DNA of 19,720 nt, taken from a virus. Position numbers and translations under genes: made by a program. The stretch lies in the UHGV virus genome UHGV-0194792; one strand, given 5' to 3'. Of the stretch, positions 9,539-17,090 are shown one piece after another. How positions within the stretch are numbered: the first letter of the stretch is position 1; each line of letters begins with the position of its first letter. A model generated the notes under the pieces. That model did not search any database. It was not told the DNA's origin and was given only the letters and a program-made list of their open reading frames with translations.

Positions 9539-9963
9539 TGGAACTGTGGCTGACGGTGAACGGTAAACGCACCTGCGCCAGCGCACCGCTGGATCCGCTG
9601 ACCCGCGCCGTGGTGATTTCCCTGTTCACCTGGCGGCGGGCGGAGCCTGATGACAATGCCGACGTCCCGATGGGATGGTGGGGGGATACCTGGCCTGCGG
9701 TACAGAATGACCGTTACGGCTCCCGGCTGTGGCTGCTTCAGCGCGGCAAACTGACCAATCAGCTGGTGCAGACGGTAAGGGGGTATATCCGCGAATGCCT
9801 GCAATGGATGATTGATGACGGTGTGGTGTCCCGTATTGATCTGGATATCCGCCGCACCGGGATTAATGAACTGGGTAACAGTATCACTCTCTGGCGTCGT
9901 GACGGACCGGTAATGATTTCTTTTGATGATCTGTGGAGTGCGATAACGCATGGCGGACAGTGA
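9535..9963 (+). CDS. gp46-like baseplate protein
   Basis: 142-aa ORF with GGAGG RBS and ATGATG start, in the Mu gp46 position. Confidence 0.6.
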   Translation: MMELWLTVNGKRTCASAPLDPLTRAVVISLFTWRRAEPDDNADVPMGWWGDTWPAVQNDRYGSRLWLLQRGKLTNQLVQTVRGYIRECLQWMIDDGVVSRIDLDIRRTGINELGNSITLWRRDGPVMISFDDLWSAITHGGQ

Positions 9964-11008
9964 ATTTCAGCGCCCGACGCTGGCAGAAAATATCAGTATG
10001 CTCCGTAACGATTTATTCGCCAGGCTGGACGTCAGCGACACGCTCCGGCGCATGGATGAAGACGTGCGGGCAAAGGTGTATGCGGCGGCGCTGCATACGG
10101 TTTACGGTTACATCGATTATCTGGCAATGAACATGCTGCCTGACCTGTGCGATGAGTCCTGGCTGGCGCGACATGCTGCGATGAAACGGTGTCCGCGCAA
10201 GGGGGCCACGGCTGCCAGCGGGTATATGCGCTGGGAAGGTGTCAGCGATGGCCTGAAGGTGACCGCCGGGAGTGTTATTCAGCGCGATGACCTGGTTCAG
10301 TACACGGCAACTGCCGATGCAACCAGCTCCGGTGGTGTCCTGCGCGTGCCGATCGCCTGCTCAAGTGCAGGCGCGGTCGGTAACGCTGACGACGGTACGT
10401 CATTAATCCTGGTCACGCCGGTGAATGGTCTGCCGTCTTCCGGCGTGGCAGACACTCTGACAGGTGGATTTGATACTGAAGAGCTGGAAACGTGGCGCGC
10501 CCGCGTCATTGAGCGGTATTACTGGACGCCTCAGGGCGGGGCTGACGGGGACTATGTTGTCTGGGCTAAAGAAGTGCCAGGCATTACCCGTGCATGGACA
10601 TACCGCCACTGGATGGGAACGGGGACTGTCGGTGTGATGATTGCCAGCAGTGACCTGATTAATCCCATTCCGGAAGAATCAACGGAAACGGCGGCAAGAC
10701 AACACATTGAGCCACTGGCCCCGGTGGCAGGCTCTGATTTGTATGTATTCAGGCCGGTGGCGCATAAAGTGGATTTTCATATCCGCGTGACGCCGGACAC
10801 ACCGGAAATACGGGCTGCCATCACCGCCGAGTTGCGTTCGTTCCTGCTGCGTGATGGTTATCCGCAGGGAGAACTGAAGGTGTCGCGTATCAGTGAGGCG
10901 ATTTCCGGTGCGAACGGGGAATACAGCCATCAGTTGCTTGCACCGGCGGACAATATCTCCATTGCAAAAAATGAACTGGCGGTACTGGGGACGATTTCAT
11001 GGACGTGA
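9950..11008 (+). CDS. baseplate J-like protein (Mu gp47-like)
   Basis: 352-aa ORF, coupled to its neighbours, in the baseplate J position. Confidence 0.7.
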   Translation: MADSEFQRPTLAENISMLRNDLFARLDVSDTLRRMDEDVRAKVYAAALHTVYGYIDYLAMNMLPDLCDESWLARHAAMKRCPRKGATAASGYMRWEGVSDGLKVTAGSVIQRDDLVQYTATADATSSGGVLRVPIACSSAGAVGNADDGTSLILVTPVNGLPSSGVADTLTGGFDTEELETWRARVIERYYWTPQGGADGDYVVWAKEVPGITRAWTYRHWMGTGTVGVMIASSDLINPIPEESTETAARQHIEPLAPVAGSDLYVFRPVAHKVDFHIRVTPDTPEIRAAITAELRSFLLRDGYPQGELKVSRISEAISGANGEYSHQLLAPADNISIAKNELAVLGTISWT

Positions 11009-11583
11009 CAAACGATGATTACATCCATCTGTTGTCGGCACTGTTGCCTCCCGGTCCGGCGTGGTCAGCCAGCGATCCGGCGATTGCCGGTGCGGCACCG
11101 TCATTAACTCGCGTTCATCAGCGTGCGGATGCCCTGATGCGGGAGCTGGATCCGCGCACCACCACCGAACTGATAAATCGCTGGGAGCGTCTGTGCGGCC
11201 TGCCGGATGAATGTATTCCCGCAGGGACACAGACCCTTCGCCAGCGTCAGCAACGACTGGATGCGAAGGTTAACCTAGCGGGCGGCATCAATGAGGATTT
11301 TTACCTTGCACAGCTTGCTGCCCTGGGCAGACCAGACGCCACCATCACGCGATACGACAAAAGCACGTTCACCTGCTCATCGGTCTGTACTGACGCGGTG
11401 AATGCGCCGGAATGGCGGTATTACTGGCAGGTCAACATGCCAGCCGCCACCAACACCACCTGGATGACATGTGGCGACCCCTGCGATTCCGCACTGCGTA
11501 TCTGGGGGGACACCGTTGTCGAATGTGTGCTTAACAAACTCTGCCCGTCGCATACCTACGTAATTTTTAAATATCCGGAGTAA
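10999..11583 (+). CDS. Mu gp48-like tail protein (DUF2313-type)
   Basis: 194-aa ORF between the baseplate J-like gene and the tail fibre gene, the slot gp48 occupies in Mu. Confidence 0.6.
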   Translation: MDVTNDDYIHLLSALLPPGPAWSASDPAIAGAAPSLTRVHQRADALMRELDPRTTTELINRWERLCGLPDECIPAGTQTLRQRQQRLDAKVNLAGGINEDFYLAQLAALGRPDATITRYDKSTFTCSSVCTDAVNAPEWRYYWQVNMPAATNTTWMTCGDPCDSALRIWGDTVVECVLNKLCPSHTYVIFKYPE

Positions 11584-11586
11584 TCC

Positions 11587-12357
11587 ATGCATCGTATAGA
11601 CACGAAAACCGCGCAGAAGGATAAGTTCGGCGCGGGTAAGAACGGTTTTACCCGTGGTAACCCCCAGACCGGCACGCCTGCCACCGATCTGGATGATGAC
11701 TACTTTGACATGTTGCAGGAAGAGCTTTGTGGCGTGGTGGAGGCATCCGGTGCCAGCCTGGAGAAGGGGAGGCACGACCAGCTGCTTACCGCGCTTCGTG
11801 CGCTGCTGTTAAGCCGCAAGAATCCGTTTGGCGATATCAAATCGGATGGCACCGTGAAAACAGCTCTCGAAAACCTTGGTTTGGGAGAAGGCTCTGCATT
11901 ACCTGTTGGTGTGCCTGTTCCATGGCCTTCAGCCACACCGCCAACAGGCTGGCTGAAATGCAACGGTGCGGCTTTTTCTGCTGAAGAATACCCGGAACTG
12001 GCAAAGGCTTATCCGACAAATAAATTGCCTGATTTACGTGGTGAGTTTATTCGTGGCTGGGATGACGGGCGCGGTATTGATGCAGGACGTGTTTTATTGA
12101 GCATTCAGACAGGGATGCTGGAAAAACACCGCCATATTGTTGTTGCCAATGATGGTTACGACACAAAAGATGAATGGGAACTGGCTACGATTTTCAAAAA
12201 GACATACACACAAGGACGGGGACTTGATGCCGCAAATACAGGAGGGAGTCTGATCCCATCACCGACACTTCATTCACGAGGGAGTATCGGTAATACTGGC
12301 GGGAGGGAAACCCGTCCACGAAATATTGCATTTAACTATATCGTGAGGGCTGCATAA
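11587..12357 (+). CDS. tail fibre protein: constant N-terminus fused to the currently expressed variable C-terminal cassette
   Basis: 256-aa ORF with GGAG RBS. The C-terminal part carries an [12 protein letters not shown] collar-like motif. A hix/gix-like crossover site lies inside the gene at 11864-11889, so codons after about 11877 belong to the invertible segment. Confidence 0.8.
   Translation: MHRIDTKTAQKDKFGAGKNGFTRGNPQTGTPATDLDDDYFDMLQEELCGVVEASGASLEKGRHDQLLTALRALLLSRKNPFGDIKSDGTVKTALENLGLGEGSALPVGVPVPWPSATPPTGWLKCNGAAFSAEEYPELAKAYPTNKLPDLRGEFIRGWDDGRGIDAGRVLLSIQTGMLEKHRHIVVANDGYDTKDEWELATIFKKTYTQGRGLDAANTGGSLIPSPTLHSRGSIGNTGGRETRPRNIAFNYIVRAA
11864..11889. other. invertase crossover site, left (hix/gix-like, 12-2-12: CTCTCGAAAACC TT GGTTTGGGAGAA)
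   Basis: Imperfect palindrome with an AAACC-NN-GGTTT core resembling hixL/gix as I recall them. 15 bp (11876-11890) are a perfect inverted repeat of 13731-13745. Confidence 0.7.
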
Positions 12358-12959
12358 TGGATAACGCCGTATTAAATAGCGAGCTTATTGCCACGAAGGC
12401 GGGGAATATTACCGTCTATAACTATGATGGTAAAACTCGGGAATATATTTCTACTTCAAATGAATATCTTGCCATTGGTGTCGGTATCCCTGCATATTCC
12501 TGTCTGGATGAACCTGGTATACATAAGGCGGGTTATGCTATCTGCCGTTCGATGGATTTAAACTCATGGGAATATGTGCCAGACCATCGCGGTGAAATCG
12601 TCTATAACACCGAAACGGGAGACGCCAAAGAAATCACAGCTCCGGGTGATTATCCTGAAAATACAACCACTATCGCCCCGTTAACGCCATTCGATAAATG
12701 GGATGGTAAGAAATGGGTGACCGATACTGAGGCACAGCATAGCGCCGCAGTAGACGCGGCAGAAGCACAGCGTCAGTCACTGATTGATACTGCAATGGCT
12801 TCCATCAGTCTGATTCAACTGAAATTGCAGGCCGGGCGGAAGCTGACGCAGGCAGAAACCACCCGACTTAACGCTGTGCTGGATTACATTGACGCGGTGA
12901 CGGCAACAGATACGAGCACCGCGCCGGATGTCATCTGGCCTGAACTGCCGGAGGCGTAG
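12357..12959 (+). CDS. tail fibre assembly protein (active orientation)
   Basis: 200-aa ORF coupled to the fibre gene (stop/start overlap at 12357) with GAGGG RBS. Its C-terminus resembles that of the opposite-strand assembly gene. Confidence 0.7.
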   Translation: MDNAVLNSELIATKAGNITVYNYDGKTREYISTSNEYLAIGVGIPAYSCLDEPGIHKAGYAICRSMDLNSWEYVPDHRGEIVYNTETGDAKEITAPGDYPENTTTIAPLTPFDKWDGKKWVTDTEAQHSAAVDAAEAQRQSLIDTAMASISLIQLKLQAGRKLTQAETTRLNAVLDYIDAVTATDTSTAPDVIWPELPEA

Positions 12960-13371
12960 GCCATTCAATATCTGGCGCACCGGAAGTATCGACCAGTTCC
13001 AGTGCGTCCAGGTAATCCAGCCACAAATTATATTGCGCCAGTTCGTCACCTTTCAGACGACCAATAGCCGCTTTACCAGGCCATTGTTTACTGTTCATAT
13101 AATCGTTGGCCTGATTAATCAATTGCTGCTTCTCCAGTTCGGCTGCAGCAATTTGTTCCTCATGTGTTGGTGGTGGAATTTCGGACCATGCAGGAAAACC
13201 ATTTTCTCCAGCGATACGGATTTTTCCTTTCGGCGGTAATCCGGAAAACTCAATATACACTTGCTCATCAACTTCAACAGCATCATCTGGCCATGAGTCA
13301 GCTTGAGTGTAATCCTCTTTCATCTCCAGCGGATAGAAAGAGTTTGTAGTCGCGGAATATATGTAATTCAT
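12931..13371 (-). CDS. tail fibre assembly protein (alternative, silent orientation)
   Basis: 146-aa minus-strand ORF with GGAGTG RBS. Its C-terminus (LDYLDALELVDTSGAPDIEWP) parallels that of the + strand assembly protein (LDYIDAVTATDTSTAPDVIWP). It lies 22 nt downstream of the alternative fibre cassette. Confidence 0.7.
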   Translation of the reverse strand: MNYIYSATTNSFYPLEMKEDYTQADSWPDDAVEVDEQVYIEFSGLPPKGKIRIAGENGFPAWSEIPPPTHEEQIAAAELEKQQLINQANDYMNSKQWPGKAAIGRLKGDELAQYNLWLDYLDALELVDTSGAPDIEWPTPPAVQAR

Positions 13372-13392
13372 TTTTCACTCCATATAGCTAAA

Positions 13393-13745
13393 TTAACAGC
13401 CTAACGCTAAAAATGAAGCGCCGAGGCCAGGAGTACTGGCTCTGGATATAAATTTAACCGGGTCGGGACTAAAACCTGCACAGGCAATATAACCAACAGC
13501 CCCGCTATCTGGTGTATAGTCTTGTGAGACCAAAACACGCAGACATCTGTTTGGAAATGCAATTGGGAAATGGGTTACTACATCCTGTGCAATGCCTGGA
13601 GCGCCGATTGAGCCCCACTGAAGAATAAAACCTGATGGTAATTTTTGATATCCAGTACCTGAAACAGAAAGCGTGAAGCTACCCATATCAGGTATCTGAT
13701 TCGCCCCTGTCCCTACATTCCTTTTAGCCGCTTCTCCCAAACCAA
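13393..13745 (-). CDS. promoterless alternative tail-fibre C-terminal cassette
   Basis: The minus-strand frame is continuous with the crossover site: after inversion, ...ENL of the constant part joins [13 protein letters not shown]... in frame. Contains an ILQWGS motif typical of fibre tips. The 13 codons upstream of the site in the track ORF are not expected to be translated. Confidence 0.65.
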
Positions 13746-13757
13746 CGTTTATGAAAA
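13732..13757. other. invertase crossover site, right (hix/gix-like: TTCTCCCAAACC AA CGTTTATGAAAA)
   Basis: Inverted copy of the left site with the same central dinucleotide on the opposite strand. Lies about 55 bp upstream of the invertase start. Confidence 0.7.
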
Positions 13758-13811
13758 TGCAGAAATAACGAGCAAATGGCATCATTCCTGCTTTTGTCAG
13801 GGGGATCTACC

Positions 13812-14366
13812 ATGCTTATTGGCTATGTACGCGTATCAACAAATGACCAGAACACAGATCTACAACGTAATGCGCTGAACTGTGCAGGATGCGAGCTGAT
13901 TTTTGAAGACAAGATAAGCGGCACAAAGTCCGAAAGGCCGGGACTGAAAAAACTGCTCAGGACATTATCGGCAGGTGACACTCTGGTTGTCTGGAAGCTG
14001 GATCGGCTGGGGCGTAGTATGCGGCATCTTGTCGTGTTGGTGGAGGAGTTGCGCGAACGAGGCATCAACTTTCGTAGTCTGACGGATTCAATTGATACCA
14101 GCACACCAATGGGGCGTTTTTTCTTTCATGTGATGGGTGCCCTGGCTGAAATGGAGCGTGAACTGATTGTTGAACGAACAAAAGCTGGACTGGAAGCTGC
14201 TCGCGCACAGGGACGAATTGGTGGACGTCGTCCCAAACTTACACCAGAACAATGGGCGCAGGCCGGACGATTAATTGCAGCAGGAATTCCTCGCCAGAAG
14301 GTGGCGATCATCTATGATGTTGGTGTATCGACACTGTATAAGAAGTTTCCGGTCGGAGATAAATGA
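13812..14366 (+). CDS. serine DNA invertase (Gin/Pin/Hin/Cin family)
   Basis: The N-terminus MLIGYVRVSTNDQNTDLQRNAL with catalytic Ser in VRVST, and blocks such as GDTLVVWKLDRLGRSM and MGRFFFHVMGALAEMERELI, match my recollection of Gin/Pin. ATG at 13812 with a GGGGGA RBS is preferred over the track start at 13776. A C-terminal helix-turn-helix region is present. Confidence 0.9.
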   Translation: MLIGYVRVSTNDQNTDLQRNALNCAGCELIFEDKISGTKSERPGLKKLLRTLSAGDTLVVWKLDRLGRSMRHLVVLVEELRERGINFRSLTDSIDTSTPMGRFFFHVMGALAEMERELIVERTKAGLEAARAQGRIGGRRPKLTPEQWAQAGRLIAAGIPRQKVAIIYDVGVSTLYKKFPVGDK

Positions 14367-14541
14367 AACCGCAGGCTCGTCGTATGCAAGAAAGTGCTGC
14401 GGCTGGCTGGCCAGCTTCTGATAGTGCGAATATTGAATGATTTCCAGCCGTTATCGATTTTACATATTTTTGTATGAGAGGATTTTTACCTCCTCCCACC
14501 TATCCTCCATGACTTTACGCCACTGTCTCTAGGGCTGCTAT

Positions 14542-14556
14542 GTGCCAGAAGCGGAC
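14542..14556 (+). repeat. direct repeat copy 1 (GTGCCAGAAGCGGAC; extended imperfect match about 14531-14570)
   Basis: 15-bp perfect core read directly. The second copy is at 15595-15609. The two copies bracket the HEPN-like gene. Confidence 0.6.
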
Positions 14557-14604
14557 TTCATTAGATTCTTTGTTTTTTGTGTTAATATACTTACAATCCC
14601 ATCA

Positions 14605-15420
14605 TCAACTAACAACCCAATCATCAGATAATATATCACTGATATTGAAAATATAGGTATGGTTATTTTTACCATCTGAAATGACGATTTTTTTTAAGTT
14701 GAATCTTTCTGATATGATATGCGTTGCAAATTGTGGGATTATTAAAAACAAAGCCTCTACCTTACTGATTAATTCAATGTTGACTTTAGGTCTGAAGTTT
14801 GCATCATGAACCACTTTGTGCCTAATGTAAAATGCTTCCTCTATGAGGGCTCTCCAGTCTGGAAATATATTTTCTATCGATAAATCTTGGGAAATTTGGC
14901 CACTCAGACCGCAAGGAGATATATTAGTTGTACATATGTAGTTTAAAAAACTCTCACCCCACATGCCATTATATGCTTCTTCAAGGTCGTTTAAGTTTTG
15001 AAAGTTAAAGCTTTTACTCAATAACTCTGATAGATTTATCTCAGTGTTTATATTGATAGATGTTTCTGTTCTCATTTTAGATAGTAGTGTTGTAATTCTA
15101 GATTCATCAACTGAATGCACGAAAACAAAAACGTCTCTAAAATATGTTTCCCAGCAACTGATTAGAAATACAAAATATTGTCGATATGCTGTTTTATAAA
15201 TATCTATTTTCTTATCTTTCGTTGAAATAAGTGAATGCATAAGTCGACAATTTTCTGCAAAATTTAGTAGGAAAGACATTGAGAAGTCTTCTATAGCTCC
15301 TCTTGATTCGCGAAGAGATAGCAATTCATCAATAATTTTTTTATTGATTTTCCTAATCTTTTTCAATTGCATGCCTCGTTTTTGCTTAAGTAAAGTTGAT
15401 TTTGGAGTTTCGTCAATCAT
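14605..15420 (-). CDS. hypothetical protein with R-x4-H (HEPN-like) motif; possible Abi-type effector
   Basis: 271-aa ORF in a visibly AT-rich segment, rich in Lys/Ile/Asn. Motif RHKVVH at about residue 205 fits the HEPN signature R-[NHQ]-x3-H. The start is uncertain: 15420 has a weak RBS, and an alternative ATG is at 15372. Confidence 0.5.
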   Translation of the reverse strand: MIDETPKSTLLKQKRGMQLKKIRKINKKIIDELLSLRESRGAIEDFSMSFLLNFAENCRLMHSLISTKDKKIDIYKTAYRQYFVFLISCWETYFRDVFVFVHSVDESRITTLLSKMRTETSININTEINLSELLSKSFNFQNLNDLEEAYNGMWGESFLNYICTTNISPCGLSGQISQDLSIENIFPDWRALIEEAFYIRHKVVHDANFRPKVNIELISKVEALFLIIPQFATHIISERFNLKKIVISDGKNNHTYIFNISDILSDDWVVS

Positions 15421-15594
15421 GTTATCTTATTAGATTTAAAGATAAAGTAACTTTTTGCATAAGCTTTGCGACAAAGATAGCTTTAATGAAAGGCCTTATA
15501 GAGCTACTTGGCCATAAAAATTTTTACGATGAATTCGAATTCAGCGTCCGCTCCTCGCTTAAAGCTGTCCTTGGGCCTAACCTACGATAGCTTC

Positions 15595-15609
15595 GTGCCA
15601 GAAGCGGAC
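15595..15609 (+). repeat. direct repeat copy 2 (GTGCCAGAAGCGGAC)
   Basis: Identical 15-mer to 14542-14556. Flanking bases are partly conserved (GCTnnGTGCCAGAAGCGGAC...TAnGAT). Confidence 0.6.
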
Positions 15610-15896
15610 ATTACTAAGATAGTAACGTATCAAACGGTGGGACAAGTCATGCCAAGTGCGGAAGTGGCTAACAACCATCTGTGTTGTTTAACGGGGAACA
15701 GGTCATTCCATTGACCCGATCATTTATGTTGCGCTGACGCTTAGGTGATAAAAAGCCGCCTATGCCCGTCTATCTTTGGGGATCCGCAATGAAGTTGATT
15801 GTGAGGTTATTAGGCTGGGTCTTCTCATTTATAAGTTGTTGAAGTAGCAACGAATTATCGAGCGATTTATCCCGATTAAATGTCTCACTATTACTC

Positions 15897-17021
15897 TTAA
15901 TCGGTAAATTCATAGTTTGGCCGCATTGAGAAACGCCACAGAGGCAGGCCTCCCCCTTTGTAATCATCAGGGATGGTTACCGTGAAAAGTCTGACATTCT
16001 GCCGGGTGTCAACTGACCTGATCTGGCTGTCGTGTACAGTCTGCTCGTTAAAGGCCGACGTGACCAGCGAACTCAGCGTACCTATAAAGTCGAAACCCTG
16101 TCTTTTGTAATTTTCGTCGTCTTCCGGGGAAAATGTGTATCGGATGCTCTCAAGCTGACCATCAGTGAATATTGCCTCCGATCCGGGGCAGAGCCACTCT
16201 CCGTAGCGCATCAGATGAAACGCCGTGTTCATTTCAAATTTATCCGTTACTTGTCTGTCATTGCAGTAAATTTTAATCTCGCCAATTGTAAAATGGGCGA
16301 TGCCTTCGGGACTAACTGAAACTTCTTTGGTCCGGTCGGGGATAAGCTCAAAAACCAGATCGGGTTCTGTTGCTATCGATAGGTCGCCCAGCAGGTACAT
16401 CTCACTTTTTGCGAGCGCCGAGGCCTGCGTCAAGGTATGTTCACGCTCTAGCTCCTTCATTGAGGAGCGTGCAACCAGCGCCCACCGGCGCAGCATCCTG
16501 ATGTAGATGGCATAATAAACTGGAATACCATGGAGCTCACCGTACTTTTCAACCTTATCACTGTACGATTTCTTCAGGCGATAATCGTCAGCCACGTCAT
16601 CCGCGTTAAAGTTTTTTACTTCCACAAAGATCTGACGGCGATCCTTCAGTATAATGCGATAGTCAGGTGCCACCAGATCGGGATCGGCTGACATCAAGTC
16701 TCCGGCGTCTTCCTGTTTAAGAAACTGGCAGTGGTTCAGTGCGGCGCAAACGTGTTTAAATAGGTTTTCTATTCTTTTCCCGTTCAGCAGAATTGGATTC
16801 TGATGGGAAGCGATTAATGACGTGGTGACCTTTTGTATAAAGTCATCCTGGTGCTCGGGGTTTTTAATATCGTAATTATAGATCTGGCCCAACGAGGAAA
16901 AAAGCTCAAAGGCTTCAAATCGTTCGGGATTCCTCTTGATTCTTTCCATTAATGACTCCGCAGCTAATAAATACAACGAAATGAGATCACTTGTTTCTCT
17001 GAAGTTACCTGAAAACTGCAT
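15897..17021 (-). CDS. hypothetical protein with PD-(D/E)xK nuclease-like motif
   Basis: 374-aa ORF. The segment APDYRIILKDRRQIFVEVK carries PD followed 13 residues later by E-V-K, as in restriction-endonuclease-fold active sites. It lies 70 bp downstream of and co-directional with the FRG-like gene. Confidence 0.5.
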   Translation of the reverse strand: MQFSGNFRETSDLISLYLLAAESLMERIKRNPERFEAFELFSSLGQIYNYDIKNPEHQDDFIQKVTTSLIASHQNPILLNGKRIENLFKHVCAALNHCQFLKQEDAGDLMSADPDLVAPDYRIILKDRRQIFVEVKNFNADDVADDYRLKKSYSDKVEKYGELHGIPVYYAIYIRMLRRWALVARSSMKELEREHTLTQASALAKSEMYLLGDLSIATEPDLVFELIPDRTKEVSVSPEGIAHFTIGEIKIYCNDRQVTDKFEMNTAFHLMRYGEWLCPGSEAIFTDGQLESIRYTFSPEDDENYKRQGFDFIGTLSSLVTSAFNEQTVHDSQIRSVDTRQNVRLFTVTIPDDYKGGGLPLWRFSMRPNYEFTD

Positions 17022-17090
17022 TCTGCACGGCGATTAAAGCGGCTATGGGCCCACGCTGGCACACAGGCGTGCCGTGCGACTAAAGCGCTA

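Larger units (their letters stand above)
11876..13745. other. invertible DNA segment (Mu G-segment-like) carrying two alternative fibre C-terminus plus assembly-protein cassettes
   Basis: Bounded by the two inverted crossover sites and adjacent to a serine invertase gene. Contains a variable fibre end plus tfa on the + strand, and a promoterless alternative fibre end plus tfa on the - strand. Confidence 0.7.

Noticed and set aside
409-9951. Many long antisense ORFs inside the structural operon (for example 409-849, 726-1193, 1066-1563, 1653-2243, 7266-7763, 9493-9951 on the minus strand) and Arg-rich + strand ORFs nested in other frames (for example 928-1113, 2621-2830).
   Set aside because: They overlap well-supported, translationally coupled + strand genes, lack ribosome-binding sites, and have Arg/Pro/Gly-rich compositions typical of off-frame translation of GC-rich coding DNA.
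14406-14415. Perfect 10-bp palindrome GCTGGCCAGC just downstream of the invertase stop, as a possible terminator.
   Set aside because: No loop and no T-tract, so it does not look like an intrinsic terminator. It could be a protein-binding site but there is no further evidence.
15396-15714. Two + strand ORFs (15396-15590 and 15508-15714) in the gap between the cargo genes.
   Set aside because: No convincing RBS and low-complexity products. The gap more likely holds regulatory DNA and the repeat copy at 15595-15609.
15770-15967. 65-aa minus-strand ORF overlapping the 3' end of the PD-(D/E)xK gene.
   Set aside because: Alternative frame overlapping a stronger ORF, with no independent support.
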